This document shows, in pieces, positions 37,461 through 46,861 of a stretch of 64,000 nt of DNA. Positions within the stretch are counted from its first letter, which is position 1; every line of letters starts with the position of its first letter. Under the pieces are notes generated by a model. The model was not told the DNA's origin, ran no database searches, and saw nothing but the letters and a program-made list of their open reading frames with translations. The DNA is from an uncultured Gemmatimonadota bacterium (GTDB taxonomy: Bacteria > JAAXHH01). The translations under genes and the position numbers were made by a program. The DNA is taken from assembly GCA_951812955.1 (NCBI GenBank), contig OX638340.1:3712001-3776000 (forward strand). Direction: 5' to 3'.

Positions 37461-38454
37461 TCAACCGGGGAATTCGAACCGCCGGATAAGGTCGAACTCC
37501 GCGGGGTCGAGCGGGGTGCCGTCGGGGCGCATCATGTCGTGCTGCCAGACCGGGGGCGTGGGATCGCCCTTTTTGGATTCCCAGGCCAGGTTGGTCTGCG
37601 TCCTGCCCGCCACGAGTCCCCAGTTGTACCAACCGATCCGGTTTTCCGCGAATACGGGCAGCATTTCCGCAAACGTGTTACCGTGGTGCCGCCGCAGCCA
37701 TTCCGTGCAGATCACGGGTCGATCATACGCGTTGCACCTGGCGAGGCTGGGCCCGATTCTGTCCGCCGCTTCGTAGTAGTGAAACGAGATGATATCGGAC
37801 AACTCGAACAGCAGCGCGGAAAGGTCGTCTTCGAAGGCGTTCCATGTCCACGGCCCCGTGGTAAGCGGTTGCATGGGACCGACGGAACGCGCCCAGGCGA
37901 AGGCGTCCTCGACGAGAGGCTGGCTTCTCAGGTCGTCGTCCGGTTCGTTGTACAGGTCCCACATCAGGACGCGCGGGTCCGATCCGAAGCTGCCGACGAT
38001 GTCCTTTACGTAGCGTTCGAGTTGCGGCCAGGCATCCCGGTCGGCAAGGCGTTCGAACCCAGGACTCGGCACCCACTGGCTGTTGTGTACGCCGGGCACC
38101 GGATCGTCCTGCGGTCCCAGATAGGGGTCGCGGCCCCCGAAGAAGCAGTCGCAGAAGAGAATGACCATGGTGCTGATACCGTGCCGCGACGCGATGGCCA
38201 GGAACCGGTCGAGCCGGTGCTTCAGGCCCTCCGGGTCGTCTTCCCAGACCAGGTACTGCACGAAGATCCGCACGCTGTTGTAACCCGCTCCGGCGGCCCA
38301 TCCCAGCTCCTGGTCGATGGTTGCCGGGTCGAATGTGGGCGCCTGCCACATCTCGGTCATGTTCACGGCCGTGCGCGGGAGGTAGTTGCAGCCACGGATG
38401 ACGCCGGTTTCCCGGTACCATGCGTGGGCTCTTTCGGGGGTCCATGTGTTCATG
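37461..38454 (-). CDS. glycoside hydrolase family 5 (cellulase/mannanase-like), no signal peptide
   Basis: Candidate catalytic acid/base in LYNEPD and candidate nucleophile in ICTEW, with a TIM-barrel GH5 layout. ATG at 38454 preferred; an in-frame TTG at 38489 lies inside the repeat array. Confidence 0.75.
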
Positions 38455-38470
38455 CCATTCCTCTTCGTTT

Positions 38471-38530
38471 CAGCCCGGAATTGTTTCAACCCGGAATCGT
38501 TTCAACCCGGAATCGTTTCAGCCCGGTATA
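38471..38530 (-). repeat. 3.5 tandem direct repeats of 16-17 bp (minus strand GAAACGATTCCGGGTT) between rdgB stop and GH5 start
   Basis: The array reads cagcccggaattgtttc / aacccggaatcgtttc / aacccggaatcgtttc / agcccggtat... Placed 17-77 nt upstream of the GH5 ATG, in an operator-like position. Confidence 0.8.
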
Positions 38531-39114
38531 TCCTTTAAGTCGCCCAGTATTTCCGCGATCCGCCGTAACGCCATGGCCCGGTGACTGATCCGGTTTTTCG
38601 TCCTGGCATCCAGTTCGGCGAACGTGCTTTCATAGCCCGCGGGAACGAACAACGGATCGTAGCCGAATCCGGACTCGCCCCGGGGTTCCCGAAGTATCCG
38701 GCCCTCGCACACCCCGTCCGAGGTCCAGGTCCGTCCATCCGGCGCCACGACCGCCATGACGCACCGGAACCGGGCGGTTCGGTCGCCGTCGGCGACGCCG
38801 GCGAGGGCTTCTAGCAGACGGTGCATGTTGTCCCGGTCGCTGGCTGTCGCACCGGCGTACCGGGCCGAGTGCACGCCGGGCGCCCCGCCCAGGGCGTCCA
38901 CCTCCAGGCCCGAGTCGTCCGCCAGCGCGGTTTTACCCGTGAACCCTGCGACGGCACGCGCCTTGATGAGGGCGTTCTCCTCGAAGGTACGGCCCGATTC
39001 CTCCGGTTCGGGACAGCCGGGGAAAGACGCGGCAGTCGCGACCCGCACACCGGTCAGCAGCGCTTCGATTTCGGAGATCTTGCCCGGGTTGCGTGTGGCC
39101 AGGACGATGGTCAT
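38518..39114 (-). CDS. rdgB: non-canonical purine NTP pyrophosphatase (dITP/XTP)
   Basis: IVLATRNPGKISE...FGYDPLF... is the Ham1/RdgB signature. Confidence 0.9.
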   Translation of the reverse strand: MTIVLATRNPGKISEIEALLTGVRVATAASFPGCPEPEESGRTFEENALIKARAVAGFTGKTALADDSGLEVDALGGAPGVHSARYAGATASDRDNMHRLLEALAGVADGDRTARFRCVMAVVAPDGRTWTSDGVCEGRILREPRGESGFGYDPLFVPAGYESTFAELDARTKNRISHRAMALRRIAEILGDLKDIPG

Positions 39115-39123
39115 GGTCGTGAC

Positions 39124-39855
39124 CTAGCCCCGACCCAGCGCCTGTTTCTGCAGATCGATCAACTGGTTTACACCCTGTTTGCCGAGGTCGAGCATGGCCG
39201 ACAGTTGTTCTGTGGAAAAGGGGTGGTGCTCCGCGGTGCCCTGGATTTCCACCAGGTCGCCTCCGCCCGTCATGACGAGATTCATGTCGACGTCCGCCGT
39301 GGAGTCCTCGTCGTAGCAGAGATCGAGCATGGGGACGCCTCCGACTATGCCCACGCTGATGGCAGCAACCGCGTCCCGGATGGGGTCGCGATCGATCAAT
39401 CCACGCTCGGACAGCCAGGACACCGCGTCACAAAGCGCCACGAAACTGCCAGTGATCGATGCGGTACGGGTTCCTCCATCGGCTTCGATAACGTCGCAAT
39501 CAATGAGGATGGACCGTTCCCCCAGGCTGTTCAGTTCGCAAACAGCACGAAGAGACCGCCCGATAAGCCGTTGGATTTCCTGCGTGCGGCCGGAGACGCC
39601 GCCGCGGCGGCCGTTCCGGGATACGCGCGTGTTCGTGCTTCGCGGCAGCATGCCATATTCCGCGGTGACCCAGCCTTTGCCGCTCCCTTTCAAAAAGGGC
39701 GGTACGCTCTCGTCCACACTCGCTGAACAGAGCACGGACGTGCCGCCCATGACGATCAGAGCGGAGCCCTCCGCGTGCCGGAGGTAATTGCGCCGGATTT
39801 CGACAGGACGCAACCGGTCGGTCTCCCGGCCATCGATCCTTGACACAGGTGCCAC
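39124..39855 (-). CDS. rph: ribonuclease PH
   Basis: [41 protein letters not shown] and further RNase PH motifs. Confidence 0.9.
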   Translation of the reverse strand: MAPVSRIDGRETDRLRPVEIRRNYLRHAEGSALIVMGGTSVLCSASVDESVPPFLKGSGKGWVTAEYGMLPRSTNTRVSRNGRRGGVSGRTQEIQRLIGRSLRAVCELNSLGERSILIDCDVIEADGGTRTASITGSFVALCDAVSWLSERGLIDRDPIRDAVAAISVGIVGGVPMLDLCYDEDSTADVDMNLVMTGGGDLVEIQGTAEHHPFSTEQLSAMLDLGKQGVNQLIDLQKQALGRG

Positions 39856-39912
39856 TGCTACATCCTTTGCTTTCGTGTAGGCGTGCGGACGGTAGAGAGA
39901 ACGGAGATCGCG

Positions 39913-40374
39913 CTACATGCTCTCTTCCTCTTCCGCGATGAGTGCGAGGGCGTCGCGGGGATTTTCCGTTGCGATCAGCCGTTTGCGAAGGTTATCGTGC
40001 CTGAGCAGGCGGGAAATGTGGGCGAGCGCCCGGATATGGGGACCGGACACGTTCAGGGGCGAGACGAGCAGGAAGAAGAGGTAGACAGGCTGCTCGTCGA
40101 GGGACTGGAAATCCACGCCCTCCTTCTTGATCCCGAGCACCCCGACCAGCTTGTCGACGGCCTTGCATTTGCCGTGGGGGATGGCGACCCCCTTGCCGAT
40201 CCCGGTGCTCATGATCTTCTCCCGTTCCAGGACGGCCTGCAGCACCTCCCGATTGTCGCTGATCCTGCCGGACGCAGTCAGCGCCGCGGCCAGTTCCTCG
40301 ATCACTTCCTGCTTCTGCGTGGCCTTAAGGTCTACCAGGATAGCGTTTTCATCCAACAATTCCGTCAAGCTCAT
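39913..40374 (-). CDS. ptsN: PTS EIIA-Ntr nitrogen regulatory protein
   Basis: EIIA(Fru/Ntr) domain with the GKGVAIPHGK active-site His region. The start is taken at MSLTELL. Confidence 0.8.
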   Translation of the reverse strand: MSLTELLDENAILVDLKATQKQEVIEELAAALTASGRISDNREVLQAVLEREKIMSTGIGKGVAIPHGKCKAVDKLVGVLGIKKEGVDFQSLDEQPVYLFFLLVSPLNVSGPHIRALAHISRLLRHDNLRKRLIATENPRDALALIAEEEESM

Positions 40375-40575
40375 GCCATGCTCCTGTTTCCCCCATCCTG
40401 CCTGAAAACGTATTCGCTTCAAAAACCTGTGTGATTCTATGTACCCGCCCTGGAATTGTCAACAACGATTTGGATGGCCTCCCAGTCCGTCCGTCCGGAG
40501 GCAAATGAAAAAGCCGCCTGACCATGTCGTCAGACGGCTTCTTAAATCCTGGCAGTCTTCAGCGATAGTGTCCGA

Positions 40576-41118
40576 TCAACCGCCGGCGCGTTCCGCGAAA
40601 CTGTCTGCTGTCATGTGGGCGGATTCGAGCTGCATTTTAAGATCGTACCATTTCTCGTTCGCCTTAAGGTCATTGAGTTGCATGGTAAGGGAGTCGGCGA
40701 ATGCCGAAGCTTCCTGGGCAAGCGTACGGGCTGCCCTTCCACGGCCCTGCTCGATGCTGCTTGAAATCTCGCCCCAGCGTTCAAGGAAAGCCGGCAGGGC
40801 TTCGTCGATCTCACGCTTCGTCAACTCCTTCTGCACTACGGATTCCTGGCTGGCCGACTCCACGAGCGCCATGGTATTTTCGGCAGCGGTTTTCGCGTCG
40901 CCGTACTCCTCGGCAGCCATGTGTGCCCTGGCCTTTTCGAGCTCGGCGGCGGCCATTTCGTATTCAGCCGGCGCGTACTTGTCGACTTCGGCTTCCATCG
41001 CGTCGGATATGGCCAGTTCCGCTGCGTCCATGGCCTCGGTGGGTGGTCCCGCGCACGCAGCGGCCACGAACAGGCATGCGACGGCGCTCAGACAGGTCAG
41101 AAAGGCCTGCTTGGACAT
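40576..41118 (-). CDS. alpha-helical lipoprotein (DUF4398-like)
   Basis: Signal peptide plus lipobox LSAVACLFVAAAC. YAPAEYEMAAAELEKARAHMAAEEY resembles DUF4398 helical repeats. Confidence 0.5.
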   Translation of the reverse strand: MSKQAFLTCLSAVACLFVAAACAGPPTEAMDAAELAISDAMEAEVDKYAPAEYEMAAAELEKARAHMAAEEYGDAKTAAENTMALVESASQESVVQKELTKREIDEALPAFLERWGEISSSIEQGRGRAARTLAQEASAFADSLTMQLNDLKANEKWYDLKMQLESAHMTADSFAERAGG

Positions 41119-41366
41119 GATTGAACCTCCTGTTGAAACCAGAAATGACGAATGTAAGATCGCTTTATTCGATACCGAATCGACCGGGAAAGACATTATT
41201 TCGACAGCATAACACAAATATAATAGACCGGTTCAAAGGGGTGTCCAGTAAAAAACGTGTCAGGCGCAAAAAACATGACCCGCGGCGGCGGTGCGACCGG
41301 GGCGGAAACGGCGCAAGACCGCCCCGCCGGTCAGGCGTTCGGAGTGGTGATTCCCCTTGACATACC

Positions 41367-41401
41367 GGCCTGTAAACCTTAGTGTGATGGGCTGAGCCGG
41401 G
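41367..41401 (+). promoter_or_regulatory. putative sigma-70 promoter TTGACA-N17-TAGTGT upstream of purC
   Basis: TTGACA at 41367-41372, 17-nt spacer, then a -10-like TAGTGT. Sits ~65 nt before the purC ATG. Confidence 0.4.
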
Positions 41402-41467
41402 AGCGGTATCGACTTTGTGACCGACCGATGCGCAGCCGTCCATTCACCGAAAGGACCATCGCGAAGC

Positions 41468-42427
41468 ATGGTGTCTGAAGACGTCCTCAGGAGGCAGTTG
41501 GAATACGTACTGCACGGTACCAGCTTCGACCTGGGCAGCAAATTCGAGGGCAAGGTCAGGGACAACTACAGTCTGGACGGGAAGCGGATCATCGTGACCA
41601 CCGATCGAATTTCCGCCTTCGACAGGGTGTTGTGCGCCCTGCCCTTCAAGGGGCAGGTCATCAACCAGACCGCGGCCTTCTGGTTCGAGCAGACCCGCCA
41701 GATAATCGAGAACCACCTGATCGACGTGCCGGATCCGAACGTACTCGTGGCCAGGGAGTGCAGGCTGATTCCCGTCGAGATGGTCGTCCGCGGCTACCTG
41801 ACCGGCGTGACTACCACATCTGCATGGTACCACTATTCACATGGAAATCGCAATTTCTGCGGACACGCCCTGCCGGAGGGCATGAAGAAGAACCAGGCCT
41901 TCGACCAACCCATCATAACCCCTTCCACCAAGCCGGTTCAGGGCGGCCATGACGAGTCCATCTCGGGGGAGGAAGTGCTTCGAAGAGGTCTCGTGGAAGA
42001 ACCGGTGTATCGTGAAATGGAGCGAGCGGCCCTGGAACTGTTCGCATTCGGTACGGAAAAGGCCGCCGCCAATAATCTCATCCTGGTGGATACCAAGTAT
42101 GAGTTCGGCCTGTTCGAGGACCGGGTCATGCTGATCGACGAGATCCACACGCCAGACTCTTCCAGGTTCTGGGTAAAGAACACCTATCAGGATCTTTTCG
42201 AACGGGGCGAGGAGCCGGAAAAACTGGACAAGGAATTCGTCCGTGGATGGCTCGCGGACCGCGGTTTTCGTGGTGACGGTCCCATACCCCCTATCCCGGA
42301 CGAGGTCAAAATTGAAGCTGCCCGCCGTTACATTAAGGCCTACGAGATGATAACCGCCAGAACCTTCGAAGCCCGGAACGAGGATGTGTTGCAGCGGATC
42401 ACCCACCGGCTGCGGAACCCGAACTAG
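41468..42427 (+). CDS. purC: phosphoribosylaminoimidazole-succinocarboxamide (SAICAR) synthase
   Basis: GKVRDNY...RISAFD...KGQV...LVDTKYEFG and other diagnostic PurC motifs. Confidence 0.9.
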   Translation: MVSEDVLRRQLEYVLHGTSFDLGSKFEGKVRDNYSLDGKRIIVTTDRISAFDRVLCALPFKGQVINQTAAFWFEQTRQIIENHLIDVPDPNVLVARECRLIPVEMVVRGYLTGVTTTSAWYHYSHGNRNFCGHALPEGMKKNQAFDQPIITPSTKPVQGGHDESISGEEVLRRGLVEEPVYREMERAALELFAFGTEKAAANNLILVDTKYEFGLFEDRVMLIDEIHTPDSSRFWVKNTYQDLFERGEEPEKLDKEFVRGWLADRGFRGDGPIPPIPDEVKIEAARRYIKAYEMITARTFEARNEDVLQRITHRLRNPN

Positions 42428-42498
42428 CAGACCACAGGACACGCTCGGAATGGATGCCATCGTCCGGGATCACCCACCGGCTGCGAAACCCGAAATAG
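42396..42498 (+). repeat. 32-bp imperfect direct repeat pair (2 mismatches) flanking the purC stop / mfd start region
   Basis: ggatcacccaccggctgcggaacccgaactag at 42396-42427 (purC 3' end, including the TAG) and ggatcacccaccggctgcgaaacccgaaatag at 42467-42498. Confidence 0.85.
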
Positions 42499-42512
42499 CT
42501 GACCCCTCTCGT

Positions 42513-45500
42513 ATGCGCCTGTCAAACCTTCTTGAAATCTCTGAAAAGTCCCCTGTCGTACAGCGTTACCTGGCGTTGGCCGCCGATACCGCCTGCTCCG
42601 CGAGGGTATCTGGGCTGGCAGGTTCTTCGCGTTCCCTTCTACTCGCGCACGCGCATAGAAAACGGAACGGCGCGACGCTGGTCATCGTGGAGGACACGGC
42701 CTCCGCCGAGGAGATGTTCGAGGATGTCTCCAGTCTTCTGGATCCCGGGGACGTGGCGCTGTTCCCCCCCTGGGAGGTGCTGCCCTACGACCAGGTCTCT
42801 CCGCCGGGCGACTTGTCGGGCCGGCGTCTCGGCGCGCTGCACGAACTGATGAAGAACAGGCCGCTGTTCGTCGTCGCCACGGTCAGGGCCGTCATGCAGC
42901 GCACCATGCCGCCGGCCGTGCTTGCCGGCTCCATCCTTCACGTCGCCGCGGGCGCTACAGTCTCGTTGAGCGATCTTACAGCGCGGTGCAACCGGCTCGG
43001 CTACGAGCGAACGGACATGGTCCAGGCGCCTGGCCACTTCAGCGTGCGGGGCGGTATCGTGGATGTTTTCCCCCACGGGATGGAACAACCGTGCAGAATC
43101 GAGTTCTTCGGTGACGTAGTGGAATCGATTCGGCTGTTTGACATCTACACGCAGCGGTCGTCTCGGAACATCCAGGAACTGACGGTGCTCCCGAACAGGG
43201 AATTGATCGACGAGCCTGAAACGCGTGCCGATGTGGTCAGGCGGGTCAGGCAGGCGGCCGAATCGTTTTCGACCGACGCGTCCGAACTGGTCTCTCACAT
43301 CGAGGACGGAGGTCTGTTCGAAGGCAGCGAACGCTACCTTCCCTATTTCCATCCCTCCGCCGCCACCATCATGAATTACCTGCCGGATCACACGCTGATC
43401 GTCCGGTGCGAACCCGATGAATTGGAGCGCGAAGCGGAATCATTCGCGGAGGAATATGAAAACACCCACCTTCGTCGAACGGAGGCGGGTGATCTGGTTC
43501 CCGAGCCGGAAGAAGCGATTCTGGGCTGGCATGACATAGAGGAGGACTCGGCCTACTATGGCACGATGGACATGGTGCGCGGCGCGCGTGCGTCCAGGGG
43601 CTGGCTCGCCATCGGTACCGAGGCATCGGGCGTGTACCACGGGGCGATGGACGTCCTGAAGTCCCGGCTGGAGGAATGGAGCGCGGACAACGCCCGGATC
43701 GTGGTGGTATGCGACAACGAAGGACAGGCGGAAAGACTGCGGGAGATCCTGGGTCCGGACTCCCCGGTGATCGAAATGGCCGTCGGACCGATGCACGCCG
43801 GGTTTGTTCTTCCCGACTTGCCCCTCGTGGTGTTGACCGACGCGGAGATCTTCAACCGTTACCGCAGACGCCGTCGCAAGGTCTTCAAGGAAGGCGTGGT
43901 GATCGAGGATTTCACCAGCCTCAAAGAAGGGGACTACGTCGTCCATATAGACCACGGCATCGGCCGGTACGTAGGGTTGAAGCGAATCTCCGTGGACGAC
44001 CGGGAACGGGACTGCCTGACCCTGATCTACGCCGCAGACGACCGGGTTTTCATCCCCATCGAGCAGTTGCACCGGGTTCAGAAGTATATCGGTTCCGATG
44101 GCGAGGTGCCTGCGTTGTCGAAACTGGGCGGGCGAGCCTGGGAACAGGCCAAGTCGCGCACCCGAAAGGCGGTCAAGGATATCGCCGAAGATCTGGTCAA
44201 GCTCTACGCGGCCCGGCAGGCCAGCCCGGGACACGCCTTCTCGGCCGACACTCCCTGGCAGACGGAAATGGAAGACTCCTTCATCTACGAGGATACACCC
44301 GACCAGGAGTCGGCGACATCGGACGTAAAGTCGGACATGGAGAAATCGGTGCCCATGGACCGATTGATCTGCGGGGACGTGGGGTACGGGAAGACGGAAG
44401 TGGCGATACGCGCCGCATTCAAGGCGGTGCTGGACGGTAAACAGGTCGCCGTGCTGGCCCCGACCACCATCCTGGCCCAGCAGCACCTGACCACCTTCTC
44501 CGAGCGGCTCGCGGACTACCCGGTGAACATTCGCATGCTGAGCCGCTTCGTTACGCCGCAGGAACAGAAAACCGTTGTGTCCGGGCTCAGGAACGGCGAC
44601 GTGGATGTCGTCATCGGCACGCACCGCCTCATTTCCGCCGACATAGAATTTCATGACATGGGCCTGCTTGTCGTCGACGAAGAACAGCGGTTCGGCGTGG
44701 CCCACAAGGAGCGGCTCAAGCAATTGAAGACCTCCGTGGACGTCATGACCATGACCGCCACGCCCATACCGCGGACGTTGCACATGTCGTTGGTTTCCGC
44801 CCGCGACATGTCGCTCATCACCACCCCGCCGAGGGACCGGCTGCCGGTGCACACCGAGGTGGTGCGTTTCAACGAAGATGTGATCTGCGAGGCGATCATG
44901 CGGGAGGTGGACCGGGGCGGACAGGTCTTTTTCGTTCACAACCGGGTACAATCCATCGAGGCGGTCGCGGAATTCCTGCGTCGCCTCCTGCCCCAGGTAT
45001 CTTTCGTCGTGGGCCACGGGCAGATGCAGGAGCGGGAATTGGAGCAGGTGATGATCGACTTTCTGGATCAAAAGTATGATTGCCTCGTGTCCACGATGAT
45101 CATCGAATCCGGTCTGGATATTCCCAATGTAAACACCATCCTGGTCAATCGCGCGGACCGGTTCGGACTTGCCCAGTTGTACCAGCTCCGGGGCCGCGTG
45201 GGGAGGTCAAATCACCGGGCCTACGCGTACCTGATGATCCCCGCCGCCGGAACGGTCACGCCCGACGCCCGCAAGCGGCTGGCCGTGATCTCCGAGTACA
45301 CCGCGCTCGGATCGGGATTCCATATCGCCATGAGGGACCTCGAGATCCGTGGCGCGGGCAACCTGCTGGGCACGGAGCAACACGGGTTCATATCCTCCAT
45401 CGGGTTCGATCTCTACTGCCGTCTGTTGAAAGAGGCGATGGAGGACCTTAAGGGCGAGACGCGCGAAGAGACCCACGAGGCCGAAATCGAACTGCAGGTG

Positions 45501-45914
45501 AGTGCCTTCATTCCCGATGACTATATCGCCGATCGAAAGCTCAAGGTCGGCTTTTACCAGCGGCTTTCACGGGTGGAAGAGGAAGGGGACGTCGTCTCGT
45601 TGCGGGAGGAGATGCAGGACCGGTTCGGCCGGCTTCCCGACCCGGTTCGCGTCCTTTTCGACCTGGTATCCATTCGGCAGATTGCGGTCCGGATCGGCCT
45701 GAAGCAGCTCAGCGTACGCGGTAATGAAATGGCCCTGACCTACAGGAACGGCCTCTACCCTTCGAGGGAAAGGATCGCGAACGTGACGGACGATCCCGCG
45801 CTGGACATCGAGTTTCCCCACGGTGACGGGTTCCGAATCAGGGCGGGACTGATCGGAAAATCGGAAGCTGAACGGGTCGAAACAGCTAAAAACCTGTTGC
45901 TTAAACTGCTGTGA
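42513..45914 (+). CDS. mfd: transcription-repair coupling factor
   Basis: N-terminal UvrB-interaction-like region, an RNAP-interacting domain, DEAD-box helicase motifs (LICGDVGYGKTEVA, DEEQRFGV) and a TRCF C-terminal domain. An alternative ATG at 42450 falls within a duplicated 32-bp segment. Confidence 0.9.
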   Translation: MRLSNLLEISEKSPVVQRYLALAADTACSARVSGLAGSSRSLLLAHAHRKRNGATLVIVEDTASAEEMFEDVSSLLDPGDVALFPPWEVLPYDQVSPPGDLSGRRLGALHELMKNRPLFVVATVRAVMQRTMPPAVLAGSILHVAAGATVSLSDLTARCNRLGYERTDMVQAPGHFSVRGGIVDVFPHGMEQPCRIEFFGDVVESIRLFDIYTQRSSRNIQELTVLPNRELIDEPETRADVVRRVRQAAESFSTDASELVSHIEDGGLFEGSERYLPYFHPSAATIMNYLPDHTLIVRCEPDELEREAESFAEEYENTHLRRTEAGDLVPEPEEAILGWHDIEEDSAYYGTMDMVRGARASRGWLAIGTEASGVYHGAMDVLKSRLEEWSADNARIVVVCDNEGQAERLREILGPDSPVIEMAVGPMHAGFVLPDLPLVVLTDAEIFNRYRRRRRKVFKEGVVIEDFTSLKEGDYVVHIDHGIGRYVGLKRISVDDRERDCLTLIYAADDRVFIPIEQLHRVQKYIGSDGEVPALSKLGGRAWEQAKSRTRKAVKDIAEDLVKLYAARQASPGHAFSADTPWQTEMEDSFIYEDTPDQESATSDVKSDMEKSVPMDRLICGDVGYGKTEVAIRAAFKAVLDGKQVAVLAPTTILAQQHLTTFSERLADYPVNIRMLSRFVTPQEQKTVVSGLRNGDVDVVIGTHRLISADIEFHDMGLLVVDEEQRFGVAHKERLKQLKTSVDVMTMTATPIPRTLHMSLVSARDMSLITTPPRDRLPVHTEVVRFNEDVICEAIMREVDRGGQVFFVHNRVQSIEAVAEFLRRLLPQVSFVVGHGQMQERELEQVMIDFLDQKYDCLVSTMIIESGLDIPNVNTILVNRADRFGLAQLYQLRGRVGRSNHRAYAYLMIPAAGTVTPDARKRLAVISEYTALGSGFHIAMRDLEIRGAGNLLGTEQHGFISSIGFDLYCRLLKEAMEDLKGETREETHEAEIELQVSAFIPDDYIADRKLKVGFYQRLSRVEEEGDVVSLREEMQDRFGRLPDPVRVLFDLVSIRQIAVRIGLKQLSVRGNEMALTYRNGLYPSRERIANVTDDPALDIEFPHGDGFRIRAGLIGKSEAERVETAKNLLLKLL

Positions 45915-45977
45915 ATTGTTAATGATACCTTCTCGGATACTGAAATCGGATCCGCCCGCTATAGAGGGAAGATCAGC

Positions 45978-46844
45978 ATGAAACCCGCGCTTTTTTGCGC
46001 CGTTCTTTTGAATGCGGCTCTTCTCTTCACGCAGTGCCAGTTCCTTACGATCGCCGAAGACCCCGACACGGTTGTCGCGCGGGTGAACCAGTCCACGCTG
46101 ACGGTCGATCAACTGGAAGCCGAACTGGATGACGCGGAGCTGCCTGCCGCCACCCTGCAAATGAGGAGGGACTGGGTATCTGTCTGGATCCGGACCGAAC
46201 TGCTTTACCAGGAAGCCCTGCGGCGAGATTTCGACGGCGACGGGAAGACGCTCCGGGAACTGGACCGGATGCGCAGAGATCACCTGGCCAACGTCGTGCT
46301 GGAACACGTCATCACGGATTCGTCGATGGTGGTTACCGATGAAGAGGTGGCGGGTTATTTCGAGGCCAACCGGAAGGAGTTCGTTTACCACGAACCGGAA
46401 CTCAGGCTCTCGGTTATCGTTCTACCTGACGAGGCCACGGCCCGACAGGTCCGCGGCCAGTTGTCGCGCCGCAGCGGTACCTTCGAGGAACTGGCGCGAA
46501 CGCGATCCATACATCCCTCCTCGGCCGATGGGGGAGACCTGGGATTCTTGAAAAGGGCGGATATCACCGACATTTCCGTGCAGGAAATCGTGTTTTCCCT
46601 CAGCGTAGGCCAGGTTTCACGGCCGGTCCTTTCCGAGTCCGGCTCGTTCATCTTCAGGGTCGCGGAGCGTCGCGCGGCGGGCACCGTGCCGCCGTTGGAT
46701 GAAGTCCGTGGTGAGATCGTCAACAGGATGCTGCAAGACCGGCGACGCGAACTGGTCAGACGGTTCGTGGATGCGCTGAGGCAATCTTCCGACGTGGAAA
46801 TCTTCAACGGGAACCTGATGCGGTCGGAACCCGACGAGCAATAG
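45978..46844 (+). CDS. parvulin-type peptidyl-prolyl cis-trans isomerase (SurA/PrsA-like)
   Basis: Signal peptide and a PPIC rotamase domain (...HPSSADGGDLGFLKRADITD...). Confidence 0.75.
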   Translation: MKPALFCAVLLNAALLFTQCQFLTIAEDPDTVVARVNQSTLTVDQLEAELDDAELPAATLQMRRDWVSVWIRTELLYQEALRRDFDGDGKTLRELDRMRRDHLANVVLEHVITDSSMVVTDEEVAGYFEANRKEFVYHEPELRLSVIVLPDEATARQVRGQLSRRSGTFEELARTRSIHPSSADGGDLGFLKRADITDISVQEIVFSLSVGQVSRPVLSESGSFIFRVAERRAAGTVPPLDEVRGEIVNRMLQDRRRELVRRFVDALRQSSDVEIFNGNLMRSEPDEQ

Positions 46845-46861
46845 ACAGGAAACGGAGGAAC

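Noticed and set aside
41280-41400. ZTP (pfl) or purine riboswitch upstream of purC
   Set aside because: The GC hairpin and a UCAGGCG segment superficially resemble the ZTP ACUGGCG motif, but the conserved pseudoknot partner (CCGGGC...UGGGC) and P1/P2 arrangement are absent. No guanine-riboswitch junction consensus was found either.
43440-45071. 543-aa minus-strand ORF inside mfd
   Set aside because: An antisense ORF with His/Arg/Val-rich low-complexity translation. mfd on the plus strand has full-length conserved helicase and TRCF motifs.
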